Shown in pieces: positions 1-6,686 of a stretch of 12,082 nucleotides of DNA. Location: the NCBI GenBank assembly GCA_024280435.1, contig JAJRQD010000151.1, forward strand, positions 1 to 12,082, written 5' to 3'. The position numbers were made by a program, and so were the translations under genes. Positions within the stretch are counted from its first letter, which is position 1. Each line of letters starts with the position of its first letter. Source of the stretch: an archaeon. Lineage in GTDB: Archaea > Asgardarchaeota > Heimdallarchaeia > Heimdallarchaeales > Kariarchaeaceae. Under the pieces are notes generated by a model. It ran no database searches. It was given only the letters and a program-made list of their open reading frames with translations, and was not told the DNA's origin.

Positions 1-144
1 GTGGTTTATGATCAGGCTGGAGCTATTGGAAAGAGATATGCAAGAAATGATGAGGTTGGGATACTCTATGCCGTCACAGTGGATTACGATACATTAGAAT
101 CTGAGACTGTGACACTGAGAGATAGAGATACCACTGAACAGTAA
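1..144 (+). CDS. glyS: Glycine--tRNA ligase (eukaryote/archaeal alpha2-type), C-terminal anticodon-binding domain; 5'-partial, continues upstream of the window
   Basis: Frame 1 translates to [47 protein letters not shown], with the stop at 142-144. This matches the conserved GlyRS C-terminal 'IGRRYARTDEIG...TVDFDT...T(L/V)RDRDS' signature. The ORF runs off the 5' edge. Confidence 0.7.
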   Translation: MVYDQAGAIGKRYARNDEVGILYAVTVDYDTLESETVTLRDRDTTEQ

Positions 145-306
145 GACTTCACAAGGAGGCACTACCCACAATTCTTCAGGAATTGATCATGCAGGTATCT
201 AATTGGAATGATATCAAAGAGGAATTTGGATTAATTCAGGATAATAAACCAGCTAAATCAAAAACCAAGAAAAAAGGTAACAGTAAATAGTGAATTTAGA
301 AAGCCT

Positions 307-358
307 AGAGGTGTAACCTCTTATAATATATAATTTAAAGTGAATTTATAAAAACAAA
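307..358 (-). terminator. Possible terminator region after TatD: an oligo-T tract plus a 6-bp-stem hairpin, potentially bidirectional with the + strand glyS transcript
   Basis: On the - strand, immediately after the TatD stop (359-361), comes 'TTTGTTTTTATAAATTCAC...'. Archaeal termination is typically at oligo-dT runs. A hairpin 'agaggt-gta-acctct' lies at 307-321. Confidence 0.3.
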
Positions 359-1123
359 TTATATTCTGTAGAAGTTTTTGGTATTATTAGTGGTTATTCT
401 GGCAAGCTCTTCCAATTCCACCTCGAATATACTCGCTAATTTTTCAGCTACAATAGGAATGGTTGAGGGTGTATTTGGTCTGATATCATCTGCTGGTGCA
501 CAGTATGGACTATCCGTCTCGAGTAATATATTCTCGATACCTGCGCGAACAGCTACTTTTCTTCTATTTCTTCTGATAACCACATTTGTGGGCACTGTAA
601 TCTTGTATTCCAGTTCTTTGGCAAATTCAACTGCTTTTAGATTCCCCTCAAATGAATGTAGAAGTACAGGTACTTGTGCATGTTTTGATAGAATTTCAAG
701 TGCATCCATCTCTGCCTTTCTTGAGTGAATAACCAATGGTATCTGTTGTTCATTGGCCAATTCAATACAATCAATAAACAATACTTTCTGTCTATCTCTC
801 AGGTTCTCATCTTTTATCCAGTGATAATCTAGGCCTACCTCTCCTATTGCACGGATATTTTTTGATAATGGATTATCACTCAGTTCTCGTATAGGATCTG
901 CATTGATTATTCTATCTGCAAGAGTTGGCTGTAATCCAATTGATATCTCGATTTCATCGAATTTAGAGGTTTCTAGACAATTATTGAATTGAGAAGGATC
1001 ACTGGCACAATTAACTATTTTGATTACATCTTTTGATAAAGCATCTGTGATAACATTTTTTACCTCATTTAATTTGAAAAAAGGTTCTAATATATGTGCA
1101 TGTGCATCTATATACCTGATCAA
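359..1123 (-). CDS. tatD: TatD-family metal-dependent hydrolase / DNase
   Basis: 254 aa. The hallmark TatD motifs are present: N-terminal 'IDAHAHI' (HxH metal site), 'IGEVGLDYH', 'PLVIHSRKA', 'LLHSFEG' and 'LETDSPYCAP'. The start codon on the - strand is TTG (1123-1121), 10 bp after the GTPase stop. Confidence 0.85.
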   Translation of the reverse strand: MIRYIDAHAHILEPFFKLNEVKNVITDALSKDVIKIVNCASDPSQFNNCLETSKFDEIEISIGLQPTLADRIINADPIRELSDNPLSKNIRAIGEVGLDYHWIKDENLRDRQKVLFIDCIELANEQQIPLVIHSRKAEMDALEILSKHAQVPVLLHSFEGNLKAVEFAKELEYKITVPTNVVIRRNRRKVAVRAGIENILLETDSPYCAPADDIRPNTPSTIPIVAEKLASIFEVELEELARITTNNTKNFYRI

Positions 1124-1132
1124 TTTAAAAAC

Positions 1133-1756
1133 CTAAACATCTAGCCATTTCAGGATCTCATTTCCAAGTGATTCAAAAGCCATCTCTATATTCAATCCTG
1201 TAAGTGCTGAAGTATTGTAATAATGTATTTTGAATCGATTATCTCCATACTTCTCTCTTAATATATCGAGTTTTCTCTCTATCTCCTCATCATTCACAAC
1301 TAGATCTGCACCTTCTACAAGATCAAATTTATTACCAAGCAGAATTATTGGAACAATACCTTTTCCAGAATATTTTTTCAATTCCTCTAACCAGTTATCA
1401 ATATTTTCAAAAGAAGTGGGTCTTGTTTTGTCAAAAACAACAACTCCTCCAAAACAACCTTTGTAATACATGGAGCGTACATTATGGAAACTATCCTGTC
1501 CAGCTAGATCCCATATCTGCCATGTGATCTTGTAATCTTTCTCATCAATCTTTATGGATGCATCATGTGCTGCGAAATCAGCTCCAATAGTCATTAAATG
1601 GTCACCGGTAAATCCCTGACCCATATAATTTCTACGAATAGATGTCTTGCCCACTGCACCATCGCCTAATAGTGCAATTTTAAGAAAATATGAATTATTT
1701 GTGATCTTAGGTTTGATTTTTGGCTTACTTTTTGATTGCTTTTTCTTCCAAAACAT
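1133..1756 (-). CDS. Ras-superfamily small GTPase, Rab-like, with an N-terminal polybasic extension
   Basis: 207 aa. G1 'GDGAVGKTS', switch I 'TIGADF' (Rab-like TIGxDF), G3 'WDLAGQD', 'YYKGCFGGVVVFD' (Rab YYRGA-like), G4 'GNKFDL' (NKxD) and G5 'TSALTG' are all present. The N-terminal 23 aa 'MFWKKKQSKSKPKIKPKITNN' is polybasic. There is no C-terminal Cys/CaaX. ATG start at 1756-1754. Confidence 0.85.
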   Translation of the reverse strand: MFWKKKQSKSKPKIKPKITNNSYFLKIALLGDGAVGKTSIRRNYMGQGFTGDHLMTIGADFAAHDASIKIDEKDYKITWQIWDLAGQDSFHNVRSMYYKGCFGGVVVFDKTRPTSFENIDNWLEELKKYSGKGIVPIILLGNKFDLVEGADLVVNDEEIERKLDILREKYGDNRFKIHYYNTSALTGLNIEMAFESLGNEILKWLDV

Positions 1757-1860
1757 TCTATATTCATAACAATCCCTTAATATAATATAAATTATGTGGT
1801 TTGATTTGTTAAAGATAAGAATAATTTGGAATTTCTACATTTATAATTCTAACATTATCC

Positions 1861-1894
1861 ATATAGAAAATATGTATATAGAAAATATGTATAG
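1861..1894. repeat. 15-bp tandem direct repeat (x2.3) in the promoter-proximal intergenic region upstream of the GTPase-TatD operon
   Basis: 'atatagaaaatatgt' at 1861-1875 and 1876-1890, then 'atag'. It lies about 105-140 bp upstream of the - strand GTPase ATG at 1756. Confidence 0.7.
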
Positions 1895-1980
1895 ACTGAT
1901 TCTCGTATAGTGAAGATATATCATTCACATTTCAGATATTATATAATTGCATTATTTTGCACAGGAAAAGTAAGATTGAT

Positions 1981-2445
1981 TTAAGTGTGATCAGTCACTA
2001 TATACTTCAATACATTATTAATAGCGCTATCAAAAGTTGGATCTATCTGCAGTGCTTTTTCAAAATAAATTCTAGCAGTATCTATCTCTTTTTTATCCAC
2101 TGAAATCAATCCTAGCTGATTGAATACAAATTTATTCACCACAGGATGATTTTTTATCTTATCAAATTCATTTATTGCTTTTTCTAGATTATTTGTTAAT
2201 TTGTAAATCAAAGCTTTATCATATAGTGCATAGATATACTCTGGATTGATACTCAGTACCTCATCAAGTGCAATGATCGCAAGATCATATTGTTCAATTT
2301 TTCTCAGAATAAATGCCTTACCATAAATCATATCTATATTTTCAGGATATATTCCAAGGGCTTCCCTATACAACTTCAATGCCTCATCTATCTTCCCATT
2401 CATGATAAGTTTTGCACTCTCATTGATATAATCCTGTTCATTCAT
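1981..2445 (-). CDS. Tetratricopeptide-repeat (TPR) protein
   Basis: 154 aa. It contains tandem ~34-aa repeats with the TPR-like pattern of small/aromatic residues (e.g. 'ALKLYREALGIYPENIDMIYGKAFIL', 'AIIALDEVLSINPEYIYALYDKALIY', 'ARIYFEKALQIDPTFDSAINN'). ATG start at 2445. Confidence 0.75.
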   Translation of the reverse strand: MNEQDYINESAKLIMNGKIDEALKLYREALGIYPENIDMIYGKAFILRKIEQYDLAIIALDEVLSINPEYIYALYDKALIYKLTNNLEKAINEFDKIKNHPVVNKFVFNQLGLISVDKKEIDTARIYFEKALQIDPTFDSAINNVLKYIVTDHT

Positions 2446-2667
2446 GATTTATTAAATCATTGTGCTTAAGATAAATATTTATTTGAGAACAAGTTATAAG
2501 GTGCGAATAAGATATATTTTATACCAATATATATTGATTAATTCACAAAAAATCAATTTCTTTATTTTTTAGTTTAAGAAATTAGGATAAATAACAAGAA
2601 TAATAAAGTCCATACTCAATATTTAATAATATCATAGAATACAAAAAGATAAGGTTATTTCTAAATT

Positions 2668-3357
2668 ATGAAGTGTGAGAATTGCAATGCGGTATTTGTC
2701 CGTTCTCCTTGCCCTGATTGTGGTTGGGAAGTCAAGAAAGAAAGCTCAGAACAGCGTGAAGAGGTAATGGTCAAACCATCTATGCTCAAGGGTGGATCTG
2801 CTGTGAACCCACAGAAATTTCAGGATGAGAAAGAGGAGGAAGAGAGGCTTAGAAAACCATCTGAAATGTTCAAAAAAGAGGTAACTGATGAGGCAGAACA
2901 TCTGGTCAAACCATCTCAACTCAAAGCCAAAAATGAGGCAAGTATGAAGAAGACAGATAAGGAAATATCTTCTGAGACAGATAATAATGAGGAGAGTTTA
3001 CGAAAACCCTCTGAGATGTTCAAAAAAGAGGTAAATGATGAGACAGAACATCTGGTCAAACCATCTCAGATCGGAGATACAATCAATACAAGAAAGATTG
3101 AAAGAAAAATAGAGAAACCAAAACCTGTTATCTCGGGAGATCATGGAGAGAAGTTATTACGTCCGTCTGAACTATCTGGTACTTCAGGTAGAAATAAAAT
3201 ATCTCATAGGGATAAAGTGATGGTAAGCACTGTTAAATCAGGTCTTAATTCTCTTGATAAAAAGATAAGTCATTCTGAGGATACAGAGTTCAAATCAAAT
3301 GTCAAGGATACATTACTAGAAGTAATATCACTACTTGAGAAACTAATTGAAGAATAG
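2668..3357 (+). CDS. Zinc-ribbon protein with a charged, repetitive, probably disordered body carrying six 'h-h-K/R-P-S-x-h' motifs; function unknown
   Basis: 229 aa. The N-terminus 'CENC...CPDC' is a C4 zinc ribbon. The body is K/E-rich and includes an exact 50-aa internal duplication (LRKPSEMFKKEV[TN]DE[AT]EHLVKPSQ) that is visible as a ~70-bp DNA direct repeat. The motif variants are VMVKPSML, RLRKPSEMF, HLVKPSQL, SLRKPSEMF, HLVKPSQI and KLLRPSEL. ATG start at 2668. Confidence 0.7.
   Translation: MKCENCNAVFVRSPCPDCGWEVKKESSEQREEVMVKPSMLKGGSAVNPQKFQDEKEEEERLRKPSEMFKKEVTDEAEHLVKPSQLKAKNEASMKKTDKEISSETDNNEESLRKPSEMFKKEVNDETEHLVKPSQIGDTINTRKIERKIEKPKPVISGDHGEKLLRPSELSGTSGRNKISHRDKVMVSTVKSGLNSLDKKISHSEDTEFKSNVKDTLLEVISLLEKLIEE
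2851..3070 (+). repeat. Two copies of a ~70-bp direct repeat spaced 150 bp apart inside a CDS (50-aa protein duplication)
   Basis: Positions 2851-2920 and 3001-3070 are near-identical ('agaaaaccatctgaaatgttcaaaaaagaggtaactgatgaggcagaacatctggtcaaaccatctcaac' versus 'cgaaaaccctctgagatgttcaaaaaagaggtaaatgatgagacagaacatctggtcaaaccatctcaga'). Confidence 0.85.
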
Positions 3358-3459
3358 CTTATTTTACAAATAGTAATTTACTTTATACTTTCTAGAAAAT
3401 TGATTTACAAATTATTTTAATATACAATAAATTAAAAATATATTTTTTTTATTCGCAGT

Positions 3460-4140
3460 ATGCGAAAAGAATACATCGGTGCAATCATTATTTCAATTGT
3501 AATTATTGCATTCGTGGTATATCAGAGCTCAGATGAAGACGATACAATTAATGAGACATTTACACTACTGAATGGTCAAACTGCAACCCTATCTGATTAT
3601 GAAGGTAAGGGTTTATTGATAGATGCTATGGCATCTTGGTGTGAGCCTTGTAAAATAGAGATGGTGCATTTATATGATATATATCAAGAACTTGGTGATC
3701 AGATAGAGATACTATCAATAAGCGTTAGCCCTTCTACTGATGATGCCCAGACAATCAATGATTTCAAATCAGAAGTTGAACAGGATAATAATCTGATATT
3801 TACATGGGATTTCGCAATTGATAACAATCTGTATATTCAGGAAAAATACTCAATATCAACAATTCCTACGCTGATCTATCTTGATAGCAATGGCACAGAG
3901 GTAAAATCATGGGTGGGTGTTGTGGAAGCATCAGAGATAATCAATACAATCAATTCAAATTATACATCTGGTGAATCAGTTGATAATAATAATATTCTAA
4001 TAGATAGTTTAATCAAAAATCCTGCATTTCAACTATTTATCGGTGCTTTTGTCATTTTTATTATCTATTCAAAATTAGTACCGAAAAAACGATCAGAGAT
4101 AGAACAATCAGAGATAGAACAATCAGAGATGAATGAATAA
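3460..4140 (+). CDS. Membrane-anchored thioredoxin-fold thiol-disulfide oxidoreductase (TlpA/ResA-like), with N- and C-terminal TM segments
   Basis: 226 aa. The N-terminal TM is 'IGAIIISIVIIAFVVY'. The catalytic motif 'WCEPC' sits in a thioredoxin-like context ('LIDAMASWCEPCKIEM'). A C-terminal hydrophobic segment 'FQLFIGAFVIFIIYSKLV' is followed by 'PKKR' and a (SEIEQ)x2.5 tail. Confidence 0.7.
   Translation: MRKEYIGAIIISIVIIAFVVYQSSDEDDTINETFTLLNGQTATLSDYEGKGLLIDAMASWCEPCKIEMVHLYDIYQELGDQIEILSISVSPSTDDAQTINDFKSEVEQDNNLIFTWDFAIDNNLYIQEKYSISTIPTLIYLDSNGTEVKSWVGVVEASEIINTINSNYTSGESVDNNNILIDSLIKNPAFQLFIGAFVIFIIYSKLVPKKRSEIEQSEIEQSEMNE
4093..4131 (+). repeat. 15-bp in-frame tandem repeat (x2.6) encoding SEIEQ at the C-terminus of the thioredoxin-like protein
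   Basis: 'tcagagatagaacaa' at 4093-4107 and 4108-4122, then 'tcagagatg'. Confidence 0.85.
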
Positions 4141-4245
4141 TTGTAGAATAATCAAAGAACAATCATGAAGAATAGTTATAATTGTACTAAATTTAGCTAT
4201 TTTTTCATTCAATTTAATCTGAATTGTGAATTATATAATGTCTAT

Positions 4246-4257
4246 ACTTATAATATT
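4246..4257 (+). promoter_or_regulatory. Candidate TATA box for the SPFH gene (short-leader or leaderless transcript)
   Basis: 'acttataatatt' lies 23-34 nt upstream of the ATG at 4280, preceded by an A-rich BRE-like stretch. Confidence 0.3.
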
Positions 4258-4279
4258 GATTGTATCTTAGAAAATTAAC

Positions 4280-5053
4280 ATGGCATTGAATGAATTTATT
4301 TCAATTGGATTTGCCCTTCTTTTTATCATACTTATCCTCGGATTCAGGAAAGTCAATGAGTATGAAAGGGCGATAAATTTTAGACTAGGACGATTCACAT
4401 CCATAAAAGGGCCTAGAGTTTTCTGGATAATTCCTTTTATAGACAAAATTGTAGTTGTAGATCTGCGTGTTCAGGTAATCGATATTCCTAAACAAGAAGC
4501 TATCACCAAAGATAACGTACCGGCATTCATCAATGCAGTAGTATTCTACTCAATTGTTGATCCTGCCAAAGCAATTATTAAAGTACAGAACTATAGGTTT
4601 GCGATCATGCAACTGGCCCAAACCACACTAAGATCTGCAGTGGGTGAAGTAGAGTTAGATGAGCTATTATCAAACAGGGAAAAAGTAAACACTCACATAT
4701 TGGAAGTACTTGATGAGGCAACCGATGCATGGGGTATCGACTGCAAAAGGGTAGAGATCAAGGATCTTGAATTACCAGAGAATATGAAACGTGCTATGGC
4801 TAAGCAGGCTGAAAGTGAACGTGAGCGAAGATCAAGAATAATTCTTGCAGAGGGTGAGATGCAGGCATCATCTAAGTTGGCTGAGGCTTCGAAGATCATG
4901 GCTGAATCAGGTGGAATTTATTTGAGATTGCTTCAGACAATCCAGGAGATCTCTCAAGAGAATACATCAACTGTGATTTTACCATTCCCCGCAGATTTAA
5001 CCGGCTTATCTGGTAATATGATTGAGTCTATAAAGAGCAGTATGAAAAAATAG
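4280..5053 (+). CDS. SPFH/band-7 family protein (stomatin/prohibitin-like)
   Basis: 257 aa. It has an N-terminal TM ('ISIGFALLFIILILGF') and then the characteristic 'EYERAINFRLGRF...GPRVFWIIPFIDKIVVVDLRVQVIDIP...ITKDNVPAFINAVVFY' SPFH core. The C-terminal coiled-coil-like segment is E/R-rich ('AKQAESERERRSRIILAEGE'). Confidence 0.85.
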   Translation: MALNEFISIGFALLFIILILGFRKVNEYERAINFRLGRFTSIKGPRVFWIIPFIDKIVVVDLRVQVIDIPKQEAITKDNVPAFINAVVFYSIVDPAKAIIKVQNYRFAIMQLAQTTLRSAVGEVELDELLSNREKVNTHILEVLDEATDAWGIDCKRVEIKDLELPENMKRAMAKQAESERERRSRIILAEGEMQASSKLAEASKIMAESGGIYLRLLQTIQEISQENTSTVILPFPADLTGLSGNMIESIKSSMKK

Positions 5054-5172
5054 AATTGATTAGTAACAATCGTCAATTTCATCAAATGTATTAATCAATA
5101 TCAGTGCAAAAAAATTGAGATAATATTACATAAGTAAAAAATATAATCAAAGTTTTGTATAGTTCGGAATGA

Positions 5173-5182
5173 ATTTTTATAC
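5173..5182 (+). promoter_or_regulatory. Candidate TATA box for the zinc-ribbon/TM2 gene
   Basis: 'atttttatac' lies 23-32 nt upstream of the ATG at 5205. Confidence 0.3.
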
Positions 5183-5204
5183 TTAAAATTTCAATAATGA
5201 TTTA

Positions 5205-5756
5205 ATGACAAATGTCTATTGTTCAGAATGTGGGACTTCAAATGATGAGAATGCAGGTTTCTGTGGAAATTGTGGTACTAAAATTGAAGCACCAAAGACT
5301 CAGATAAATTCTACTGTACCTGCTAAAGCACCATCTAAGCAGGGTTATCAGCAACCACAGGGTTATCAGCAACCACAGGGTTATCAGCAACCACAGCAGG
5401 GTTATCAGCAACCACAGCAGGGTTATCAACAACCACAGCAGGGTTATCAACAACCACAGCAGGGTTATGTGCAACCTGGTTATGTACAACCAGGATTTCA
5501 ACAACCTATGGGTAGACCTGGAATACCGGGATATCAGATACCAAGGAAAGATCCCTCAGTTGGCTATATTGGGGCACTATTTATCCCTGGATTTGCACAT
5601 TTTTATACTGATAATGTTGGCACTGGAATTGTCTTATTATTGATAACTATTTTCACATATGCGATTGTAATTGGATTGATTATTCATTTTGTTCAATTTT
5701 TAATGGCCGGAGATCGAGTAAAATATTACAATAGATTGAATGGCTATCCACAATAA
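5205..5756 (+). CDS. Zinc-ribbon / Q-Y-P-rich low-complexity linker / C-terminal TM2-domain (two-TM) protein
   Basis: 183 aa. The N-terminus 'CSECG...CGNCG' is a C4 zinc ribbon. The middle is (QGYQQPQ)n with about 9 repeats. The C-terminus 'GALFIPGFAHFYTDNVGTGIVLLLITIF...IVIGLIIHFVQFLMAGDRV' matches the TM2-domain pattern (G-x-H-x-FY...G-I-L-LL, a second TM helix, then a conserved D). Confidence 0.65.
   Translation: MTNVYCSECGTSNDENAGFCGNCGTKIEAPKTQINSTVPAKAPSKQGYQQPQGYQQPQGYQQPQQGYQQPQQGYQQPQQGYQQPQQGYVQPGYVQPGFQQPMGRPGIPGYQIPRKDPSVGYIGALFIPGFAHFYTDNVGTGIVLLLITIFTYAIVIGLIIHFVQFLMAGDRVKYYNRLNGYPQ
5341..5505 (+). repeat. In-frame 18/21-bp coding tandem repeat encoding (Q)QGYQQP
   Basis: 'cagggttatcagcaacca' occurs 3 times, then 'cagcagggttatca(g/a)caacca' 4 times, followed by degenerate 'ggttatgt(g/a)caacc' units. 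The - strand ORF at 5238-5504 ('LLITLLWLL...') is the mirror artifact of this repeat. Confidence 0.9.
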
Positions 5757-5825
5757 TTAAATATTAATAGAAAATTATTAAATTGCCTACTGAATGCATA
5801 ATTATACTAAAGTCAAATAGAATTA

Positions 5826-6476
5826 TTAGACATTATTAATAAAATACCTCATCTGTCTGATACTTGTTGGAAATAGTCTGCCTACATTTCTCTGATATTC
5901 CTTATATGTATCAAAAAACTCAGCTAATTTCTTTTCCTCATAGTATGTACCAATGAGAAAATAACCACCTGCTCCAATTATCCATGATAATGAATTTTCA
6001 GAGACCTCTACAAATAATGTGGCTATAAATATAATTATTGCTCCGAGATATACTGGATGTCTTGAGAAAGAATATATGCCAGAGGTATTCAGTGGTTCCT
6101 CTTCTTTGGTTATGCCAATAAATCCAAGTAAATCCCATTTCAATAATCCCAATATTGCAATAATAGTGCCTATTACTAGCCCTGTTAAGAAAAATATCAG
6201 ATATATTCCCTCTAATCTCAGTCCTTTTACTATCAGATCTCCAATCCCCGGTACATTGTAAGAGGTTACCATGAATGTAATTATTGCAATAATATTGTAT
6301 AAAACTCTGTATGTTTTCGCTCCAATCGGGATTCTATTCTTTATTGAAATAGATGTGGTGAGTGAATGAATGATACCAAAAAAGCCCCACCATAAAATAT
6401 ACATGATCAATAATGCCCAGTTCATATATATTAGATCAAAGATAAAAACATAAAGTTTGTTATGATTGAAATTCAA
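5826..6476 (-). CDS. Isoprenylcysteine carboxyl methyltransferase (ICMT)/phospholipid methyltransferase-family integral membrane methyltransferase
   Basis: The C-terminal signature is 'SRHPVYLGAIIIF...GTYYEEKKLAEFFDTYKEYQRNVGRLFP', matching the ICMT-family RHPxY...EE..L..FG..Y..Y...V.R..P motif, within a 5-6 TM helix protein. The ORF-track start at 6476 is TTG. The more likely true start is the in-frame ATG at 6425 ('MNWALLIMYILWW...', about 199 aa). Confidence 0.75.
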   Translation of the reverse strand: MNFNHNKLYVFIFDLIYMNWALLIMYILWWGFFGIIHSLTTSISIKNRIPIGAKTYRVLYNIIAIITFMVTSYNVPGIGDLIVKGLRLEGIYLIFFLTGLVIGTIIAILGLLKWDLLGFIGITKEEEPLNTSGIYSFSRHPVYLGAIIIFIATLFVEVSENSLSWIIGAGGYFLIGTYYEEKKLAEFFDTYKEYQRNVGRLFPTSIRQMRYFINNV

Positions 6477-6686
6477 ATATTATAAGAGGTGGTATTTTGA
6501 TTATTATCTGTACGTATTTTAAGTTGTGAAATTAATTTCATGCTCCGGTTATTGAATGTGTTTTAATATTCTGGGGCTACTATTCCCATTAATATATTTA
6601 TCTCCACAGCTATTGCACCTGTATAATCCTCTGTTTACCTTTATTATAGGTCCACAGTATGTATGTGAGGCGTAGCTCACATCTTA

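Noticed and set aside
189-290. 33-aa small ORF (MQVSNWNDIKEEFGLIQDNKPAKSKTKKKGNSK) between glyS and tatD
   Set aside because: It has no recognisable motif and no convincing SD, and it lies in a region that more likely serves as a terminator or UTR. It cannot be distinguished from chance in AT-rich sequence.
378-728. ORF-track hits on the opposite strand of long genes (378-728+, 1230-1466+, 4693-4899-, 6019-6261+, 7072-7278+, 7447-7797+, 9186-9488+, 10055-10435+, 10059-10271+)
   Set aside because: All are fully embedded antisense to long, motif-rich CDSs. They have low-complexity or biased composition and no recognisable domains. They are shadow ORFs typical of AT-rich DNA.
2578-2590. Shared 10-mer 'aattaggata' between the 2668 upstream region and the terminal tandem repeat units
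   Set aside because: A single short A/T-rich match is expected by chance in a 12-kb AT-rich window.
3460-4140. PGF-CTERM / archaeosortase sorting signal at the C-terminus of the thioredoxin-like protein
   Set aside because: The tripeptide is PAF rather than PGF, and the basic cluster is followed by a 15-residue acidic repeat tail, whereas genuine sorting signals end at the basic residues. I kept it only as a low-interest note.
5238-5504. - strand ORF 'LLITLLWLL...' and + strand ORF 8472-8792 'ILAFILAC...'
   Set aside because: Both are mirror images of in-frame tandem repeats on the real coding strand (the QGYQQP repeat and the KAKM repeat). Their periodic Leu/Ile peptides are repeat artifacts.
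6477-6686. Possible tRNA or ncRNA in the relatively GC-richer 210-bp intergenic region, including the hairpin atgtgag-gcgtag-ctcacat at 6663-6682
   Set aside because: No cloverleaf-compatible acceptor or T-arm pairing and no GTTCRA-like T-loop were found. The single 7-bp hairpin directly after the stop codon has no following U-tract on the - strand. It is probably just 3'UTR/promoter sequence for the flanking genes.
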